A stretch of 64,000 bases of DNA from an uncultured Pseudomonadales bacterium (GTDB lineage: Bacteria > Patescibacteriota > Microgenomatia > UBA1400 > PJMF01), in the NCBI GenBank assembly GCA_964457085.1, contig CAYWDM010000002.1:203418-267417 (forward strand), read 5' to 3'. A program made the translations under genes and the position numbers. Below are positions 59,924-64,000 of the stretch, piece after piece. Under the pieces are notes generated by a model. It was not told where the DNA came from. It worked only from the letters and a program-made list of their open reading frames with translations, and ran no database searches. The number at the start of each line of letters is the position of its first letter. Position 1 is the stretch's first letter.

Positions 59924-61210
59924 TTATTTCTTGAATGGAAACACAAAATAGCGAGCTTTATCACCTAATTGACGCTCAATTCTCATCAGGCGGTTGTATT
60001 TAGCAACGCGCTCACTTCTAGCTGGAGCACCAGTCTTGATTTGGCCAGTTCCCATGGCAACCACAAAATCAGCAATGAAAGTGTCTTCAGTTTCACCGCT
60101 ACGATGTGAGACAACTGAGGTCATGCCATGCTTGCGAGCAAGCAGAATTGCATCAATGGTTTCAGTCAGTGTCCCAATTTGATTAAGTTTAATCAAAATT
60201 GAGTTTGCTGCTTTGTTATCAATACCTTTTTGCAAGCGACTGACATTTGTGACATATAGGTCATCACCCATGATTTGTACATGAGAGCCAATCTCGGCAG
60301 TCATCTTCTGGAATCCAGACCAGTCGTCTTCAGCAAAGATGTCTTCACAGGAAACGATAGGGTATTTTGCTATTAATTGCTTAAAGAACTCAGCGAGTTC
60401 ATCACTGGATACTGTCTTACCTTCCTTCTTCAAGGTATAGCTGCCATCTTTGTAGAATTCAGTGGCTGCTGGGTCAATTCCGAATGAAATATCTTTTCCA
60501 AGTTCATAGCCGGCTTTTTTAATGGCTTCGGACATAAGTTGGAAAGGTTCTTCGTTGGAAACCGAGTTGGGAGCGTAGCCGCCTTCATCACCCACACTAA
60601 TGGCATATCCTTTAGCTTTCAGAATACCTTTGAGTTGCTGGTAGACCTCAGCGTTCATCCGAACTGCCTCAACCACATTTTTTGCCCCAATAGGGAACAG
60701 CATGTACTCTTGGATATCAGTTGCCCAGTTAGCATGTTTACCACCGTTCATGACATTCATTTCTGGAATAGGCATGATGTAGGTACCATCGAAATCAGGG
60801 TTGAACTTGGTCAGGTATACGTATAGCTCTTTCTTTTCAGATGTAGCTTGAGCACGAGCAGCACTCAGTGATACAGCTAAAATGGCATTAGCACCAAGTT
60901 TGGCTTTATTTGCGGTACCATCCAGCTTAATCATTGTTTCATCTAACAGACGTTGGTCTGCTGCATCAAGACCGATCACTGCTGGAGCAATGATGGTATT
61001 AACATTGGCAACTGCTGTGAGCACACCGGTTCCTAGAAATCGAGTGGAGTCACCATCTCGAAGCTCTACGGCCTCATATTGGCCAGTTGATGCTCCAGAG
61101 GGAACAGCTGCCCAGCCAGTTGAGCCATCTTCCAATGTGACAACTGCTTCGACAGTGGGATTTCCACGACTATCTAAAATTTCTTGTGCTTGAACGGATA
61201 CAATTTTCAT
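59924..61210 (-). CDS. eno: Enolase
   Basis: [46 protein letters not shown]. Confidence 0.99.
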   Translation of the reverse strand: MKIVSVQAQEILDSRGNPTVEAVVTLEDGSTGWAAVPSGASTGQYEAVELRDGDSTRFLGTGVLTAVANVNTIIAPAVIGLDAADQRLLDETMIKLDGTANKAKLGANAILAVSLSAARAQATSEKKELYVYLTKFNPDFDGTYIMPIPEMNVMNGGKHANWATDIQEYMLFPIGAKNVVEAVRMNAEVYQQLKGILKAKGYAISVGDEGGYAPNSVSNEEPFQLMSEAIKKAGYELGKDISFGIDPAATEFYKDGSYTLKKEGKTVSSDELAEFFKQLIAKYPIVSCEDIFAEDDWSGFQKMTAEIGSHVQIMGDDLYVTNVSRLQKGIDNKAANSILIKLNQIGTLTETIDAILLARKHGMTSVVSHRSGETEDTFIADFVVAMGTGQIKTGAPARSERVAKYNRLMRIERQLGDKARYFVFPFKK

Positions 61211-61340
61211 AGTGTTATTTTCCCTCCTTGGAGAAACGATTTATCTCCCTTAATAATACGGTAGGCTTTATTTCTGTCAAGCCAGCCAGTGACTTTGGCC
61301 CATTTATTTTTCTATATGTTATTTTACTTTTTCGTCTATA

Positions 61341-62048
61341 TTATTTTGCCATCACTTGTAATTTTAATTCTTTTGGCATTTTCTCTATTGCATAGCGAAG
61401 AGCTGTTCGGGGCATTGTAGCTTTATGTTTTAGTACATATTCGAACACTTCATTTTGATGAGCTTGACTGGCGACTTTGAGCATCCATCCGTACCCTTTT
61501 TGTACTAGATCATCTTCGTCCATCAGTAACTCCTCAGCAATGCCAAAAATTTCTGGCAAAAATTTACCCTGTCTGGCCGGAACAATCAAGGAAACTGCCG
61601 CGGCTCGACGCATCCAGCGGTTTTTTGACTTTGTCCATTTTTTCAAATTCTCTAAATATTCAGGATACATTTCTATAAACTTTCCAATTGTGTGGTTACA
61701 TAAAGTGTCGCAGGATGCCCAATTAGAAACGTACTCGTTTACCCATTTTTCAAAGACCTTAAAATCTGCCGGCTGATACGATTTACGGATTAGATAAGAA
61801 AAATGGCAGGCGATAAATGATTCTTCCATGTAGCCCGATTGCCACAATTCATCGCATAGTGTAAATGCTGCTTTTTTATCTAATGCTGCCACATCTTTGT
61901 CATAAGCTTTACCTATCTTGATGACAGTAGCTGTTTTAATACCATACATTTTTACTTTTTCTTTAAAAAAACTTTGGCCTGTGGTTTGAGTTTGTGGATC
62001 GCTGTTTTGTTTTAGTTCTTTTCTGAGTGTGATGACAATTGATTCCAT
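61341..62048 (-). CDS. DNA alkylation repair (AlkD-like) protein
   Basis: NWASCD, WMRRAAAV, VQKGYGWMLK, MPRTALRYAIEK. Confidence 0.9.
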   Translation of the reverse strand: MESIVITLRKELKQNSDPQTQTTGQSFFKEKVKMYGIKTATVIKIGKAYDKDVAALDKKAAFTLCDELWQSGYMEESFIACHFSYLIRKSYQPADFKVFEKWVNEYVSNWASCDTLCNHTIGKFIEMYPEYLENLKKWTKSKNRWMRRAAAVSLIVPARQGKFLPEIFGIAEELLMDEDDLVQKGYGWMLKVASQAHQNEVFEYVLKHKATMPRTALRYAIEKMPKELKLQVMAK

Positions 62049-62113
62049 ATGTGCAGTATATCAATTCTGCACTCTGACATTTAATTTTTCTCTCAGAGAA
62101 GTCCTTAAAACCA

Positions 62114-62145
62114 AATTGACCCTGTTCTCACGAACAGGGTCAATT
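62114..62145 (-). terminator. Terminator-like hairpin of cassette D
   Basis: AATTGACCCTGTTC/GAACAGGGTCAATT 14-bp stem. Confidence 0.75.
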
Positions 62146-62166
62146 CTTCTTGCAATATTAGCGTAC

Positions 62167-62550
62167 CTACAGTTCCAGATCGTCTCTGACCACGGTCACT
62201 CCTTTCGGATGACCTTCCAAGGTGAACTGGAAGGAGTCGTGATGAGTTTGTCTCGGCAAAACTGTCATCCAGATTTGGTCGTTGCCGAGGTCTACCAGCA
62301 TGCTCATGCAGTCACCTGAGTGGCTTGCACGTGCAAGCATCTCGCGAGTGACATCACCGCAATCAAACAACCCAGTGACCATGTGTTGTTCAACCTGCAA
62401 TTCGATGATGCTAATCTGCAACTCACTCTCGGCAATTTGCCGAGTGAGGTGCCGATATGCAGCCGTGACTTGAGCCAGGGTCTTGGGACTAACGGGCTTG
62501 AGGTACATGCCATTGAACTTGAGAACGTCATCTTCAATTCGCCAATCCAT
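62167..62550 (-). CDS. Hypothetical protein (cassette D)
   Basis: 127 aa; AGGAG SD; long structured leader; own terminator. Confidence 0.7.
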   Translation of the reverse strand: MDWRIEDDVLKFNGMYLKPVSPKTLAQVTAAYRHLTRQIAESELQISIIELQVEQHMVTGLFDCGDVTREMLARASHSGDCMSMLVDLGNDQIWMTVLPRQTHHDSFQFTLEGHPKGVTVVRDDLEL

Positions 62551-62672
62551 ATTCGTTTTTCTCCTAAACAGTGAAATGTGGCCTGCTACTTATATTGGAT
62601 GTCCGAGCAGGGTGGTAGAAAGACAAAAAATCTTACCACCACCCTGCTCTCGAAATTATCTGTAACTAGTAC

Positions 62673-62762
62673 GCTGTTAAAGTGCAAAAAGAACACCTTC
62701 ACTTAATCGCCAACAATTCGCAATAAATCCAGGCAATGTAATTGAAGTTGATGATTATACCA
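62673..62762 (-). promoter_or_regulatory. Extended -10 promoter + 5' stem-loop + boxA-like motif (cassette D)
   Basis: Minus strand TGgTATAAT(62762-54); hairpin CTTCAATTA..TAAGTGAAG; TGCACTTTAACAGC at 62686-62673. Confidence 0.65.
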
Positions 62763-62794
62763 AATTGTATTGAATTATGGCTATTTTTATATTC

Positions 62795-63787
62795 TTACCA
62801 TCTTTGATGAACCAAAGGCTTAATGTCAGTGGTGTAGATTCGGTCAATTTCAGCTAAGGTTTGTGGATCTAAATTTGGCAAGTCACTAGCCTTACAGTTT
62901 TCTAAAACCTGAGCTGGAGTCTTACCACCCGCGATCACCGTAGATACTGCTGGGTGCATTAATATCCATTTCAGGGCAAGTTGCGGTAAAGTAAAACCTG
63001 CAGGGACAATCTTCTTAAGTTTCTCAACAGCTCGAAGGCCAGTCTCAAAATCTACACCTGCAAAAGTCTCACCAACATCAAATGCTTGGCCTTGACGGTT
63101 GTATTGGCGATGATCATTGGCAGTAAATTTTGAGTCTGAGGTAAATTTGCCAGTCAGCAAACCACTTGCCAACGGCACTCTGACAATTACTCCAATGTTC
63201 TTTTCAGCTGCCAATTGGAAAAATTGTTCCATCGGTCGCTGTCGAAAAATATTAAAAATAATCTGGACAGTAGCCACTCCCGGAAACTCTAAGGCTTTGA
63301 AGGCTTCCTCAACTTTTTCGACACTTACGCCATAGTGTTTAATCTTACCTTCGGACACCAACGCATCAAGGGCGGCAAAAGTATCTGGTTGGTAATAGAC
63401 CTGAGTGGGTGGGCAATGAAGCTGTAATAAATCCAAACTATTTGTCTGAAGATTTTGCAGACTTCTAGTCACAAATGCAGATAAATTTTGGGAATTGTAA
63501 CCTTCTGCACTATGAGGACTGAGTCGACGACCAGCTTTAGTGGCTACGGTAAAATCATAATCAGTTGCGGCTGGACTCTCTAAAAATTTCGCAATGATTT
63601 TTTCACTGCGACCATCGCCGTACACATCAGCAGTATCTATGAAATTAACCCCAGCTTTTGGAAGAGTTTCGAGAACACTTTGAGCTGTAGCTTCAGAGAC
63701 ATCCCCCCAATCAGCACCAAGTGACCATGAGCCATACCCAATTTCAGAAACTTGATAGCCTGTTTTACCTAGAGTGCGATATTTCAT
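62795..63787 (-). CDS. Aldo/keto reductase
   Basis: FIDTADVYGDGRSE, DLLQLH, GKIKHYGVS, VPLASGLLTGK. Confidence 0.95.
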   Translation of the reverse strand: MKYRTLGKTGYQVSEIGYGSWSLGADWGDVSEATAQSVLETLPKAGVNFIDTADVYGDGRSEKIIAKFLESPAATDYDFTVATKAGRRLSPHSAEGYNSQNLSAFVTRSLQNLQTNSLDLLQLHCPPTQVYYQPDTFAALDALVSEGKIKHYGVSVEKVEEAFKALEFPGVATVQIIFNIFRQRPMEQFFQLAAEKNIGVIVRVPLASGLLTGKFTSDSKFTANDHRQYNRQGQAFDVGETFAGVDFETGLRAVEKLKKIVPAGFTLPQLALKWILMHPAVSTVIAGGKTPAQVLENCKASDLPNLDPQTLAEIDRIYTTDIKPLVHQRW

Positions 63788-63866
63788 GACCCTAGTATAA
63801 AGTGCTGAAGTGGTACAAGCGAGGTCGGATTTTAAAATAGTTCAGGCTATTAAGAATCTCATGTAT

Positions 63867-64000
63867 TTACCGAATTAATGCCATGGGTTCTGTACTGATG
63901 ATCAGCGACCATGTCGCAGCAAAAAAAACAGTGGCAGCAATTATTACACCTGCAAAGTGGGGATAGAATCGATGTAAAGAAGACTTTTTTTTGATTAAAT
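63867..64000 (-). CDS. C-terminal end of a membrane protein entering from outside the window
   Basis: Reads ..FNQKKSSLHRFYPHFAGVIIAATVFFAATWSLIISTEPMALIR*. Confidence 0.4.
   Translation of the reverse strand, partial: LIKKKSSLHRFYPHFAGVIIAATVFFAATWSLIISTEPMALIR

Noticed and set aside
1-64000. Alternative genetic code (TGA as Gly/Trp), prophage, integrase or transposase
   Set aside because: TGA terminates rplN, rplO and argG at expected lengths; no phage, recombinase or transposase motifs recognised in any ORF

Overview
64 kb of a bacterial chromosome in genetic code 11 (TGA ends rplN and rplO). It is most likely a Patescibacteria/CPR genome, probably Microgenomates-like; this is inferred from the missing L30 between S5 and L15, many leaderless genes, several GT-C membrane glycosyltransferases and CPR-style sensor proteins. 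Positions 3.9-21.7 kb hold the S10-spc-alpha ribosomal protein cluster plus rplM-rpsI. The rest is housekeeping and accessory: ABC exporter, HU, a two-component locus, MoxR with a giant transglutaminase-like protein, P1B ATPase, pfkB-ahcY, T-box-controlled argH-argG, a GCGC-type R-M pair, enolase and two tRNA-Ser genes. Three non-annotated signals stand out. (1) Four orphan genes share one expression-cassette layout: sigma70 promoter, 5' stem-loop, boxA-like motif, ~200 nt structured leader, strong SD, ORF, terminator. Two of them sit inside the ribosomal cluster where map usually lies. (2) One tRNA-Ser has the rare anticodon ACT. (3) A conserved, covarying hairpin element lies downstream of both tRNA-Ser genes, repeats the 3' end of its own host tRNA and brackets small ORFs. 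All calls come from reading the sequence; no database searches were run.
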